Part shown: positions 46,854-56,959 of the stretch, piece after piece
Layout: each line of letters starts with the position of its first letter
How positions within the stretch are numbered: position 1 is the first letter of the stretch
DNA from: a virus
Direction: 5' to 3' (one strand)
Virus record (IMG/VR): IMGVR_UViG_3300030098_002071
Span: 1-64,000 of that record
Length of the DNA stretch: 64,000 nucleotides
Notes under the pieces: generated by a model
Database searches by the model: none
The model's input: the letters and a program-made list of their open reading frames with translations, nothing else
What the model was told of the DNA's origin: nothing
Program-made: the position numbers and the translations under genes

Positions 46854-47854
46854 TACGCAGTCCCTCTATTTCCTAACATGTTATACGCCCCTAATCCCGC
46901 TAAACCTAAACCCAAAGCAGTAGAAAATGGGCTAGGAGAAGGCTGTCTTGATTCCGTACCATAAGGAGAAATAGGTTGCAGTCCTCTAATCATAGAAGAA
47001 TAAAACCCAAGTTGTCTGTATGGGTAATCTTGTTGACGTAAGAAATCTTGATAATCTTGATCTAAATACCTTTGAGCTTCTGCTTGCCTTAATGTACCCG
47101 CACGTTCTAAATTTTGTAACCTTCTAAATTCTGCTTGTTGTTGGGCGGTTCCTAAATCACCTAGAGCTTGTGCTCCTGTTATACCTAAACCAAGTCCTCG
47201 TTGTCTTAATTCTTCAGCAGTCATACGAGCTGCTCGATCTCTCTCAAACTGTTGTTGGGCTTGTTGGAACGCAGCTTCTGAGCCTTTGGCTTGTATGTCA
47301 GATAGACGAGTACCTAAATCAGAATAAAGTTTACCCTCCATGAGTCCATAACGAGAACCACCGAATGCCCCTGCTTTTTGAGCTCGTCCAGCCATATCAG
47401 CTCTCATCTTCTCTGCTTCACTTGTAGCCTGTCTCTTAGCAATGTCAGTAACGGCTTGTTGATATGGAGACATATATTGAGCTGCTTGTTCTGCACCAAA
47501 TTGTTGAGGTGTAAACCCTTGCATAGCCCCTTGGGTTGCTTGTAGAGCCGCTAATCCAGCTGCAGGAAAATAAGGAGATGCCCCCATAGATTCATACGCA
47601 CTTAACGCTCTTTCCTGTGCTGGAGACATAGCTGCAATACGTTGCCCTTCATATGGGATGTATTCTTCCGCAGCATATTTCTGAGCTTGTTGGGCTATAT
47701 CTCTTGCATACGGTACTAATTCTTTTGGCATTTGAGATTGATATACGGTCTGGCTGCCGCCCCCGCCACCACCTTTACTTCCACCATAAAAAGTAAAAAG
47801 CTCCATCCAAAATCGTGGATTTATTAAGTCATAAATTTTCATATCCATTGGCAA
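46853..47854 (-). CDS. DNA transfer/pilot protein (P22 gp7-like)
   Basis: GGSKGGGG after a short leader, YMSPY, AGAFGGSR, Gln/Ala-rich, Gly-zipper C-terminus. Confidence 0.7.
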   Translation of the reverse strand: MPMDMKIYDLINPRFWMELFTFYGGSKGGGGGGSQTVYQSQMPKELVPYARDIAQQAQKYAAEEYIPYEGQRIAAMSPAQERALSAYESMGASPYFPAAGLAALQATQGAMQGFTPQQFGAEQAAQYMSPYQQAVTDIAKRQATSEAEKMRADMAGRAQKAGAFGGSRYGLMEGKLYSDLGTRLSDIQAKGSEAAFQQAQQQFERDRAARMTAEELRQRGLGLGITGAQALGDLGTAQQQAEFRRLQNLERAGTLRQAEAQRYLDQDYQDFLRQQDYPYRQLGFYSSMIRGLQPISPYGTESRQPSPSPFSTALGLGLAGLGAYNMLGNRGTA

Positions 47855-48249
47855 TCTCTCTTATGCATCTCTAATAGAATTAAATCCCCACCGTCATCAT
47901 GCATTCCTTCCCAACGCATTTTTTCTGTAAAACCTAATTTTATATCGTACTTTAACACCTTGTCATTCAAACTATTAACCACACCAAACACAATATCAAC
48001 CCCACACTTATTAAAAGGATAATCGAAAGCAGCGGATAAGAGAGATTTGGGCGTGTACTTATACTCTCCCACACACGCAACATGCATTTGTACAGTTTTT
48101 CCAATCCAAGCTGTATACCCCACCACCCAGTCAATAGTGCCTCTTTTACTGTACCAAAGTAGTGATTTAAGGTCATTTGTAGGTTGTACCAGTGCTCTTT
48201 CATATAATATTCCTGCTGATAATTCTTGCGACTTTGGTTCTACTACCAT
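47839..48249 (-). CDS. GNAT-fold protein (P22 gp14/DUF2824-like)
   Basis: QMHVA, AAFDYPF, V...N......D.KLGF motifs. Confidence 0.7.
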   Translation of the reverse strand: MVVEPKSQELSAGILYERALVQPTNDLKSLLWYSKRGTIDWVVGYTAWIGKTVQMHVACVGEYKYTPKSLLSAAFDYPFNKCGVDIVFGVVNSLNDKVLKYDIKLGFTEKMRWEGMHDDGGDLILLEMHKRDCQWI

Positions 48250-49919
48250 TAAGCGGGCATCATTACACTTACGTCAATAGCTGGAGCTTGTTGCATTGTC
48301 CCCGTTCTAGCCTTTCTTATTCTGTCCATCATATCGTATAGTCTTTCTGCACCAGATTCGCTTGACCCGTTGCCTATACCGCTAACTACATCTGCGGGAA
48401 TTATAAACTCTCCTTCAGACAAAGCTACTTTTTGCATATTGTCTATAGTCCCGTACACATTATCTGACATGCCATCCCCTGCACCACTAACCATGCCTTC
48501 TGATATAGTAGTCAGTCCACCTTCTTGCATCCCTATTGGTGGGCCATACTCACCCCCTCTAGTACCTTCAGTTTGTTCTACTTGAGGTTGATAATCTATA
48601 TATCTAGCACCCTCTGGTCGATAGGGTATCAATATACCTCTACGGGTTAAATCTTCCATTTCCAATGCAGATAAATTTTTAGTAGGCATTAACCTGTATT
48701 CTGAAGGTTCAGACATATCCATTCTACCTGTAGATCCGGGTGGATTAACAAGTGTGTACATAAATCCTTCAGGAGCTTTTCGATCATCAAAAGAATCAAA
48801 CCCAAATCTAGGTTCACGACTACCTATACCCCCACTACCAACAGCTACCGGAGCTACTCCATAGTCTTTTTCCCCCATGTCTGTTCTCATTGTAGGTTGC
48901 ATGGGAGTAGGATTGTACTCAGGTAATGCTCCTAGCCCAGTATCATAAGAAGGATAGTTTGCTATTAAAGGAGCATATGCCATAAGCCCTAAGGAATCAT
49001 CTTCTACAGGACTAGTAGGGTCTACTTCCCCACCTTCTTGCATTTTATTTACATAACCACCAGAAGCCCCATAGATACCTGACGGGTCAAAGTATTGAAA
49101 TTCTCCTACATAACCCGGAGGCTTTCTTCTATATTTACGCCTCCAAGGTTCCGCTAGACTTATGCCATATTCTTCTTCTGGTTCTTCTTCTATAGGAGTA
49201 GATGCGTAAGCCCCCAACGCTCCTGCCCCACCTAAACCCAATGTGTCCCCATAATTTATGTTACGACCTGTTGCATCTTTAGGTAAAAAATCTTTTATAC
49301 CTATTTTAGACTCAGGAATTCTTGCTTTATCGAGAAGACTAGCAGTACGACTCTTATCTACAATATCTACTGGATTTGCTACTGCTGCAGGGTTAGTAAT
49401 AACTGCTCCTGATGGATTGATTGGAGGTGCATTTTGACTAGCTAGACCAATAGGAAACTCTGAACTTCTTGTTACAGCGTCAGTTAATTGCTGGTTTACG
49501 ACCTCTGTTCCGCCCTCTACACCTGAAGGCACTGCTTTTCCAGCACCAGCGAGTTTAGACCCTAATCCATAAGTAAGTCCTGCGGTTAAGCCACTAGTTA
49601 AGGCTTCATCGGTATTACCCCCTGCTAGTAAAGTACCTAAACCTGACCCTACACCCGATAAAGCTGCTTTAGCAAAAACACTAGAGCCCGCTAAAGTAGG
49701 AGCCATCGCTGGAAGAGCAATAGACCCTGCAATGGGTAAAGCAAACCGTAAAAAATCTCTGAACTTAAACGCTTCTGGTAGCCCTGTCTCAGGGTTAATT
49801 GTCATCTGCCCCGGAGCTAAAGATGCTATTCCTGCTACTTCTTCGGGGTTCATGTGGACGAGCATGGAGTCCCCATACCGTCCTTTACTTGCTAATTCTT
49901 GTGCTGTTGGGTTCATCAT
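48249..49919 (-). CDS. Internal virion protein
   Basis: GRYGDSMLVHMNP.EV, INP.TGLPE, Gly-zipper, G.GDGMSD, LSEGEF..PADVVS..GNGSS..GA. Confidence 0.7.
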   Translation of the reverse strand: MMNPTAQELASKGRYGDSMLVHMNPEEVAGIASLAPGQMTINPETGLPEAFKFRDFLRFALPIAGSIALPAMAPTLAGSSVFAKAALSGVGSGLGTLLAGGNTDEALTSGLTAGLTYGLGSKLAGAGKAVPSGVEGGTEVVNQQLTDAVTRSSEFPIGLASQNAPPINPSGAVITNPAAVANPVDIVDKSRTASLLDKARIPESKIGIKDFLPKDATGRNINYGDTLGLGGAGALGAYASTPIEEEPEEEYGISLAEPWRRKYRRKPPGYVGEFQYFDPSGIYGASGGYVNKMQEGGEVDPTSPVEDDSLGLMAYAPLIANYPSYDTGLGALPEYNPTPMQPTMRTDMGEKDYGVAPVAVGSGGIGSREPRFGFDSFDDRKAPEGFMYTLVNPPGSTGRMDMSEPSEYRLMPTKNLSALEMEDLTRRGILIPYRPEGARYIDYQPQVEQTEGTRGGEYGPPIGMQEGGLTTISEGMVSGAGDGMSDNVYGTIDNMQKVALSEGEFIIPADVVSGIGNGSSESGAERLYDMMDRIRKARTGTMQQAPAIDVSVMMPA

Positions 49920-50203
49920 GTCGCTACTTTCAAAGTTCCACTGTCATTATAAACGGTTCCTACGGCTAAACCTGACGCTGAAGTCGGTAAATTACTCAAT
50001 ATTATATGTGTTTTTGATGTTGCTGTGTCAAATTCTGTATCTACAATCACCCCACCATCGTTATCAAGTATCTGTAATCTTGCGGTTTGGAATATTTCTG
50101 GAGTGTCATAGCGAGTAAAAAACAATCTGAGCACACGGTTAAGCTCGTCTAAATACCTTCTTTCATACTGCATTGGTGGTGTAGGTAGTATTGGTATCGC
50201 CAT
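49916..50203 (-). CDS. Small tail-associated protein
   Basis: Follows the nozzle gene; LPTSASGL..G.VYND.GTLKV. Confidence 0.65.
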   Translation of the reverse strand: MAIPILPTPPMQYERRYLDELNRVLRLFFTRYDTPEIFQTARLQILDNDGGVIVDTEFDTATSKTHIILSNLPTSASGLAVGTVYNDSGTLKVAT

Positions 50204-52407
50204 TATCGTTTTCCGTCTGTTCTAATATCCATGCGTGGTGTTCCTAATTGCCACTTGGTTCCGATAGAGGAACTTCCATCAACTCTAAATTTCATCTGCC
50301 TACCTCTAGCTCGCACGTTTACAACGTCTGTGTATAACTCAGTAGGTGATAATGCACTTGCAGTAACCGATTTAGCGGTTTCTGTGGTATAGGATGCACC
50401 CGAAAAATTACGGGGTGTTAATGTCAAAGACACATCTGGGGCTGTAGCTGTAGACCCAGTAAACGAAAGATCAGGTATTATACGCCATACAAATCCAAAA
50501 CGCTCGCCATCCCCTATATCAAAATCCGATGATTCTATATAAGAATTAATAGATGCGGCTGAAGTACCGGACAAATCGTCAATACCGCTTTCATGGTATA
50601 AAAGTCTGCTATTATAATCTGCTGCTATTGGGTTACTTTTCGATCCGCTGTCAAGCCAAGCACTTCTTGCCATAGTGCCAAAATACCATAGGTTTTCAAG
50701 ATAGTTATATATGACGTAGGAATCTACACTATTAGAACCACTTGAGCAGTAAAACCACCAGACCTCATTAAACCCTTCATTCCCTCCTGCAAAAATTTGA
50801 AACTTTTGATCGACATTCATACCATCGTATACATAAGATCGTAGTGTAGACGGTAAAGCTCTAACCTGCCCATCGTATACATAGAATTTATCATTACCCA
50901 TCCAAAAAACCAAGTTATTTGCAGTAAGAACTGAGTTGGGAGATATAATAGATATATTGTCAGCTATTAAATTAAATGTGAAAACATAGGGTAAGCCAAC
51001 AAACTGCATTGAATATATAGCTGAATCTGTAAATATAAGTATTTCTTGTCGAGTTTGTATAGCAGTAACTATTTGACTACCTCTATCTAATCTATAATCA
51101 CCTGCTGTATTATCAGTTCTTGGAACCCACATGGCTTCGTCTTCAGATGCTGACCATCTAATCTGTAGAGCATCAAATGCCCCACTAGCCCCACCAAATC
51201 TATCTGTACCTAGACATACAACGTGTCTTGACTGATCGGCTACTAAAATAGAAGTAGCTGTACGAGGTATGTAAGCCGCATCAAAACCTGTCGCACTACT
51301 AGTACGAGCACTTAAAGCTACTCCTCTAGTGCTTACGCCCGCTGATTTATCCCAGTAATAAACGCCTCCTTGATACACATTAAATACCAAATCTTCTCCA
51401 AACGTGTCGTGAGACCATATACGTAGCTGTGAAGCAAGATCAGCAACCCCTGTAGTTCCCCATGTAGAAGTAGTTGTATTTTCTTTGCGGATAGACACTG
51501 TGCCTCCCGCAGATGAATCAGAGCTATCAGGATCGTAGGTGACTCCATTTATTACCAAAGATATCGTGTATGAGTTAGCGTCTAGTTTAGTAATCTGAAA
51601 AGCTGTGAGCATAACATCCGTACAAGCGAAACCAGTTCTTCCATCTGTACCACTAAGATCAAAAGAAGTGCCTATAGAATTTATGTATATATAATCTCCT
51701 GTATCTAGACCATGCCCTGTATGAGTTACGGTAACCGTAGCACTACCCGCACTTACATTAAATGGGTCTGTACCTAAAGTTACATCTACATAATCAGGCC
51801 ATGTACCAGAACCCCACCCTGCTGCATAACTAAAAGACTCTGGCCCTGTATTCAATTGATAATCTGCATCTGTAGCAGAACCGCCATTCCCAGAATCAGA
51901 AGCGTTAGCTGTAGCACTAGCAGTAAAAGTATAAACAGTAGAACTTAATATAGCCGTAATCTCATGCTCGGTATTTATTACAGCAGCCGTTATAAGCCCA
52001 CCTAAACTGACAGCGTTAGATAAAGTTACATAATCTCCTACATTTGCCCCATGCCCTGCACTATCCGTAGCCGTTATTACAGCTGATCCATTGGTTGCAG
52101 ACAGTGTGGTTGTATTTGAATTAGTTGCTCGTACAGGGGTAATATCATTAAATGTGCCACCTTCTTCTATATAATACTTTTCGTTAGTGCCTACACCCGT
52201 TAAGTTATCTCCATCGAGAGCCACCCAGTTTATAAGATTACGAGCTGTACCTGCGTATTGATTAGCCGATACTCTAGTCCACCCACCTATTTGTTCAGGA
52301 AATCCTGCTTTAAAACGTATTTTATCTGATTTGTACCAACCACCTTCATTAGAGTAATTAGATACTTCTCTATTAACCCCCGGCTTAAATTGTAGTTTCT
52401 GTAACAT
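50203..52407 (-). CDS. Tail nozzle/packaged-DNA stabilisation protein (P22 gp10/T7 gp12-like)
   Basis: FKPGV, IRWS, AGD.RL..GS.I, F.YDG.V..LP, EVWWFY, G..R.D...DG.R. Confidence 0.75.
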   Translation of the reverse strand: MLQKLQFKPGVNREVSNYSNEGGWYKSDKIRFKAGFPEQIGGWTRVSANQYAGTARNLINWVALDGDNLTGVGTNEKYYIEEGGTFNDITPVRATNSNTTTLSATNGSAVITATDSAGHGANVGDYVTLSNAVSLGGLITAAVINTEHEITAILSSTVYTFTASATANASDSGNGGSATDADYQLNTGPESFSYAAGWGSGTWPDYVDVTLGTDPFNVSAGSATVTVTHTGHGLDTGDYIYINSIGTSFDLSGTDGRTGFACTDVMLTAFQITKLDANSYTISLVINGVTYDPDSSDSSAGGTVSIRKENTTTSTWGTTGVADLASQLRIWSHDTFGEDLVFNVYQGGVYYWDKSAGVSTRGVALSARTSSATGFDAAYIPRTATSILVADQSRHVVCLGTDRFGGASGAFDALQIRWSASEDEAMWVPRTDNTAGDYRLDRGSQIVTAIQTRQEILIFTDSAIYSMQFVGLPYVFTFNLIADNISIISPNSVLTANNLVFWMGNDKFYVYDGQVRALPSTLRSYVYDGMNVDQKFQIFAGGNEGFNEVWWFYCSSGSNSVDSYVIYNYLENLWYFGTMARSAWLDSGSKSNPIAADYNSRLLYHESGIDDLSGTSAASINSYIESSDFDIGDGERFGFVWRIIPDLSFTGSTATAPDVSLTLTPRNFSGASYTTETAKSVTASALSPTELYTDVVNVRARGRQMKFRVDGSSSIGTKWQLGTPRMDIRTDGKR

Positions 52408-52617
52408 TTGTATTGTCTTCCTTTAACGCTCCACAACATTCACCTGTTTTATTTGTCAGTCTGCTGCCACAACATTTTGTTTGCGGTTCTTTTTGTAAAC
52501 TCTCTTGCTTGTTGTCTTGTTTTAAATTCTTTAACTCTAGTTCCATTAGGTATCATCCAATTATTATTCATATGTACTATTCGCCAAACCCCAAATTTAT
52601 CTATGTATACTTGCCAC

Positions 52618-53052
52618 TCATGCAAAAAACCTTACTCCATCTTTATCAATAGTCAACGCATTTTTTCTAGGTTCTTCACCCGCTTCATTAGGCACAGATA
52701 TATGCACCCAACTATCATATTCACATATTACTTGATCGTAACTTATACCTGAATCTACTATCTTTCTAACAGCTTCTCTAGGAGTATATCCTGATACACG
52801 TATATCGCTCGCACAACCTTTCATATGCTGCGAGGTATCTTTCGACCCACAGGCACGATTGAGCTCTTTGCATCTGAAGCCAGAATTTATAAATATAGGA
52901 GCATCAAACATATTTCGTAACTCTTGTAGCATATAAGCTAGTCGTCTTAAATTACTTAACTGCACATCATTAGGAGTATTATCTATTCCTAGCCTAGCAG
53001 CTGTTCCAGAAGCGGTAAGTTCTTCTAAAGTAAAATTAGGTGTTAGTTGCAT
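52618..53052 (-). CDS. Endolysin, peptidase M15A family
   Basis: NFTL.EL, SGFRC..LN, SQH.KG.A.D, WVHIS. Confidence 0.9.
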   Translation of the reverse strand: MQLTPNFTLEELTASGTAARLGIDNTPNDVQLSNLRRLAYMLQELRNMFDAPIFINSGFRCKELNRACGSKDTSQHMKGCASDIRVSGYTPREAVRKIVDSGISYDQVICEYDSWVHISVPNEAGEEPRKNALTIDKDGVRFFA

Positions 53053-53449
53053 CTAGTATTACCCTCCCATCTTTTTTGTAATAGGTCATTATTAAACAAC
53101 ATTGCTCTACTGGAATATCCTTACACCTTTCTGCTATTATTTCTTGAATACGAAAAGATAATTTGCCTTCTTTCATTAACGTATCTACTTCTAGTTTTAA
53201 TTTTTCCCACCATGCATTTCTACTCTTAGAATGTGCTTCATTTATAGGGGGAATTCCCCAAGCTGCGTTTATACGATCTAGGGGTAATCTGCTTTTAACA
53301 CTATCAAATATATACATAGCTAATTGAACCCTAACCTTACAGTGCTCACTTTTAACATCTTTATCCGCTTCTACCTTTATATTAATTAAAAAACTAGTAA
53401 AAGTAGTTATTATGGCTAAAACACCGATAGCAAATACTTGTCTACTCAT
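53036..53449 (-). CDS. Protein with N-terminal membrane anchor or signal peptide
   Basis: Hydrophobic N-terminus, in the lysis cluster. Confidence 0.6.
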   Translation of the reverse strand: MSRQVFAIGVLAIITTFTSFLINIKVEADKDVKSEHCKVRVQLAMYIFDSVKSRLPLDRINAAWGIPPINEAHSKSRNAWWEKLKLEVDTLMKEGKLSFRIQEIIAERCKDIPVEQCCLIMTYYKKDGRVILDATNT

Positions 53450-53664
53450 AATGCTATAACTTCAGCATCCGTTTCTATCCATACCCTAGCTCCACACGGT
53501 AAAGGTCTATCAGGACTGTATATAACTTTAGATGCCCCTTTAATTTCTACTTCATTTGCGTAGGTATTAGTTTTATATGTCTTAACCGTAAGACAAGGTT
53601 TTCTTTCCCCTGTTTTATAGTTACTACGAATAACGTGCTGATTTACGTGTATTTTCTTTTTCAT
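53446..53664 (-). CDS. Conserved phage protein
   Basis: IHVNQH.I, YSPD.PL.CGARVWIET. Confidence 0.7.
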   Translation of the reverse strand: MKKKIHVNQHVIRSNYKTGERKPCLTVKTYKTNTYANEVEIKGASKVIYSPDRPLPCGARVWIETDAEVIAL

Positions 53665-53932
53665 TTCTTATAGCTTCTTTTCCTTTTTTAAAAATGCTAG
53701 CTACTGTTGTTTTACCCATAACCTTTGCTCTTTGCTCTCCAACCGTAAGTATCTGTATTTTTCTAGCATAAGGTTTATTTATCTTTTTTACTTTAGCCAC
53801 TGTAGCTCTTGCATCAGCAGGTGTAGCAAACTTAATGCTAACGGTGTCCTTTGGGTTCTCATCCGTATATAACCGTCTACCACTACCTTTAGGTTTTTTA
53901 CCTGTTCCTACCTTTGGATCACGTTTCTTCAT
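53624..53932 (-). CDS. Small basic conserved phage protein
   Basis: GTGKKPKGSGRRLYTDENPKDTV. Confidence 0.7.
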   Translation of the reverse strand: MKKRDPKVGTGKKPKGSGRRLYTDENPKDTVSIKFATPADARATVAKVKKINKPYARKIQILTVGEQRAKVMGKTTVASIFKKGKEAIRNEKENTRKSARYS

Positions 53933-54312
53933 CGTCTACCAAAAAATTTAGTTGCACTTCTCACACCAAATGAAGCAGCCACAATCACTCCCAAGCTGTA
54001 TTGATACCACGTTGGCATCATCTCTAATTGCTCGAATCCATTTTGCACTATACCTTCTGCACCGGGGATAAAAGCAAGTATTAGTGGAAGTGAAAATAGG
54101 ATTGTCAACCATTCGTCTTTAAATGACTGTTGACTTCCTTGGGCCATGATCTTTTCCCAGTTGCCTTCTTGAAGAGCAGTTTGTTTATAAACCTCTGCCT
54201 CTGCCTCTGCTTTAGCCACAGCAACTTTTGTTTTTCCACGTTGTTTCTCCACTCTAGATTCAACAAAACTTCCCACTACAGAAGCTATTGGGTTAATTAA
54301 AGACTGCCACAT
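53929..54312 (-). CDS. Putative holin
   Basis: SFKDEW, two C-terminal TM segments, ASFG.R, basic tail; near the endolysin. Confidence 0.7.
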   Translation of the reverse strand: MWQSLINPIASVVGSFVESRVEKQRGKTKVAVAKAEAEAEVYKQTALQEGNWEKIMAQGSQQSFKDEWLTILFSLPLILAFIPGAEGIVQNGFEQLEMMPTWYQYSLGVIVAASFGVRSATKFFGRR

Positions 54313-54557
54313 TATGCTGTCCTCCTATATTTCCTAACTTTTTTAGCAATATTTTTAGGTTGTTTAACAAATTGTTTGCCTTTTTTGTTGCCTTTGGCTT
54401 TTGCTCTGTTAGTAGCTGCTTTTTCTGCAGGAGTTAGACTTTTCCAAGCTGCATCGGGCAAATACCGTTTTTTACCCTCAGACTTTTTACCATCTGAAGT
54501 CCTCCACTTTTGTTTAGTCCAAGACTTTAATGACCTTTGTGACTTCTTTAACGTCAT
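54312..54557 (-). CDS. Small basic conserved phage protein (DUF5872-like)
   Basis: L..WTKQKW, RYLP..AW..L, KQFV.QP. Confidence 0.7.
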   Translation of the reverse strand: MTLKKSQRSLKSWTKQKWRTSDGKKSEGKKRYLPDAAWKSLTPAEKAATNRAKAKGNKKGKQFVKQPKNIAKKVRKYRRTA

Positions 54558-54748
54558 GATGTGTATCCGCCACCTGCTTTTTTATAGGCTGAAGCAAGCA
54601 TTTGGGCTTTGCGAGCACTCCATTGCCCCGGTTTCCCACCTTTTGATCCAGCTTTTATACGATTAAATAAACGCTTTCGCATAGTTGGCTTAGTATAATT
54701 ACCAGCCTCGTTTACTCTACTTTTAGTTTTTTTCTTTTTCACTGCCAT
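54554..54748 (-). CDS. Small basic conserved phage protein
   Basis: NYTKP..RK, GGKPGQWSARKAQML...YKKAGGGY; start moved to MAVKK. Confidence 0.7.
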   Translation of the reverse strand: MAVKKKKTKSRVNEAGNYTKPTMRKRLFNRIKAGSKGGKPGQWSARKAQMLASAYKKAGGGYTS

Positions 54749-55067
54749 TTCGTTTACTCCATGCACTTGTTGCCATAAACGTAGCCACCATACCCAAATT
54801 AGTAATGCTCCAAACCTGTAAAAACGGAATAATAATATTTAGTCTTGCCTCTGATACTAAAGGGGTTAGTATTACAACCACACCTGCACATACTGACAAT
54901 AAAGATACCCAACACATCTTTCGTTGCTGGTCAGACATTTGATCTGCATTTTCTATGCGGATCATCCGCTCTTCTCTTTTTAGCTCTTCGTCTGAAACAA
55001 CCCCATCGCCATCAAGATCATGAATGGCATATCTGCTATCCGTTTCAAATTTTTTTTGGTCTGACAA
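54723..55067 (-). CDS. Membrane protein with an EF-hand-like loop
   Basis: DLDGDGVVSDEE then two TM segments. Confidence 0.65.
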   Translation of the reverse strand: MSDQKKFETDSRYAIHDLDGDGVVSDEELKREERMIRIENADQMSDQQRKMCWVSLLSVCAGVVVILTPLVSEARLNIIIPFLQVWSITNLGMVATFMATSAWSKRNGSEKEKN

Positions 55068-55092
55068 TTCTTTTACTCCAATCGAAAAATAC

Positions 55093-55596
55093 TCACCACT
55101 TACCTGCTCGTTGTCCCATCCCTATAGCCATGTCCACAATAAACCATATCATAAAACCACCAAAACCTAATATAGCAGCAATTGTTCCATAATAAACTAT
55201 GTTATCAATACGTTGTTTCTTTCTAGCTATCTCCCGTTCCCGTTCTAATTTTTGCTCCCGAATCATCTGTTGTCGGGTGCGTAAAAAATCCTTCCAAATC
55301 TGCCCTCCATCTGGGTATGGCCCCCATAATAACTTTTGTTTTATGTCAGCCAATGCTTGCTTGGCATTACGCTCTGCGGTTACTATATCCATAGCTTGTT
55401 GCGACAGCGACTTACCCTTCTTCCCCTTTCCTACTTCTTTCTTTGCTTGCGATAGTGTTTCTGTATGATCAAACAACTTCCCTAAGTCTTTGGTAACCTC
55501 ATTAACATCTTTTGCTGCTGCGATGCCTTTCTTTACAAGCTCCGTAGCGGTTTTTACTCCCGCTATAGCTAATCCAATACTTGCTGGATCTAACAT
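55093..55596 (-). CDS. Coiled-coil protein with C-terminal TM segment
   Basis: MLDP.SI, coiled coil, hydrophobic tail. Confidence 0.65.
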   Translation of the reverse strand: MLDPASIGLAIAGVKTATELVKKGIAAAKDVNEVTKDLGKLFDHTETLSQAKKEVGKGKKGKSLSQQAMDIVTAERNAKQALADIKQKLLWGPYPDGGQIWKDFLRTRQQMIREQKLEREREIARKKQRIDNIVYYGTIAAILGFGGFMIWFIVDMAIGMGQRAGKW

Positions 55597-55608
55597 TATC
55601 CATCCTCT

Positions 55609-55908
55609 TTACAAACCCTCTTTATCCCTAACCAGTCTAAGTTTAGTAGCCTCTTCTAAAACTTGATGACTACTCTCATTAGCTTTTACCATCTCATTTC
55701 TAAATGACTCTACAGCTGCACCTGTACTTCTTTGCTGCTGAGAGTTTTCTACAAGCAAAACCGGAAGCCATCCTACTGCACAGCCCCAGTCATCTATTTC
55801 TTCTCCAGTATTAGGATTATGCCCCCTCAATTGCGTAAACCAAGCACATTTCAACTCTATACAATCTTTTTTAATTAAAGGACAAAAAGACCCTGCTTTT
55901 AATTTCAT
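55609..55908 (-). CDS. Cys-rich conserved protein after a tail fibre (possible chaperone)
   Basis: CPLIKKDC...KCAW, VESFRNEMV. Confidence 0.7.
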   Translation of the reverse strand: MKLKAGSFCPLIKKDCIELKCAWFTQLRGHNPNTGEEIDDWGCAVGWLPVLLVENSQQQRSTGAAVESFRNEMVKANESSHQVLEEATKLRLVRDKEGL

Positions 55909-56948
55909 TAAGCATCCTTAGAGCAAATTATTACGTCTATGTAATTAACCCCTACATTTGTTGTACCTGATCCCGAAAAACTAGAAGTAGCTGATAACGC
56001 AGGTATGCTGTGCGTATGTGCTGTAGAAGATGCTTTTGAGGTAGATTCAGAACCTGATGTACTTGACCCCGATCCACCTGTAGCACCTGTAGTTTTACTG
56101 TTTACTCTTGTAGTAGAATCCCCTCCTCCAGCACCATCTGTATTTTCTGAAGCCTGTACACCCGCATGTGTATATACGTAGTGAGTGTGACCGGGAATAT
56201 TTTCTATAGTAAGGGCTGTACCACCAGTAGTTCCTGTGCTTACAGATGTAGACACACTACCAGATACTGTTACCGCCCTACTTGTAGCAAATGCTGTAGT
56301 AAATGCTACACTACCACCTGATCCTCCACCTGAACCACTGACTACTCGTAGAGCTTTATCATTATGGCTAGTAGATTTAGTCCAACCAGTGGGGGCCGCA
56401 GATTGGTAAAATAACATTACCGAACCAGTAGGTATAATAGGAGAAGACACCCAAGCAGACCCATTAGACCGTAATACATTACCACTTGTACCTGCAGCTG
56501 TTAACCCTGTACCTCCACCCTCCGGTGCTAATGCTGCCCCTAAATTAGTTAAGCCCGCAACTACATTTGTGCCGTCACAAAATACTAAGACTTTATCTCC
56601 ATTAGCAATAGTTACCCCTGACCCAGAGGATGTTTTAAATACAATAGATTGACTGCCAGAAGTAGCGTTATCAACTACATACAATTTTTCTTTAGTGGGG
56701 CAAATAACATTTCTAGAGGCAGACAATGTGCCTGTCAGTTTAATTATCATTTGTCTTGCTTCGTCACTGACCCCACTATTAGCTGTTAGGGTGTAATTAG
56801 CATCTGACATAGACACTGTAGCGTGTCCTGCTATAGCTTCCTCTATAAGAGTGCCTATATTTACGTTTGTAGTTGTACCCCATGTACCCGACTGTTCGCC
56901 TGAGCCTATGAGTTCTAACCGTAATCTATCCGAATATGTACTTGCCAT
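55908..56948 (-). CDS. Tail fibre/collar-domain protein
   Basis: MASTYS...SGTWG..TN anchor; P.GSVMLFYQSAAPTGWTK collar; YIDVIICSKD. Confidence 0.8.
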   Translation of the reverse strand: MASTYSDRLRLELIGSGEQSGTWGTTTNVNIGTLIEEAIAGHATVSMSDANYTLTANSGVSDEARQMIIKLTGTLSASRNVICPTKEKLYVVDNATSGSQSIVFKTSSGSGVTIANGDKVLVFCDGTNVVAGLTNLGAALAPEGGGTGLTAAGTSGNVLRSNGSAWVSSPIIPTGSVMLFYQSAAPTGWTKSTSHNDKALRVVSGSGGGSGGSVAFTTAFATSRAVTVSGSVSTSVSTGTTGGTALTIENIPGHTHYVYTHAGVQASENTDGAGGGDSTTRVNSKTTGATGGSGSSTSGSESTSKASSTAHTHSIPALSATSSFSGSGTTNVGVNYIDVIICSKDA

Positions 56949-56959
56949 TTTTTATCCTA

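Noticed and set aside
52386-52625. Gene between endolysin and nozzle
   Set aside because: Two overlapping short minus-strand frames are possible, one with two CCG motifs, and I cannot tell which is real. The plus-strand ORFs here oppose the operon.
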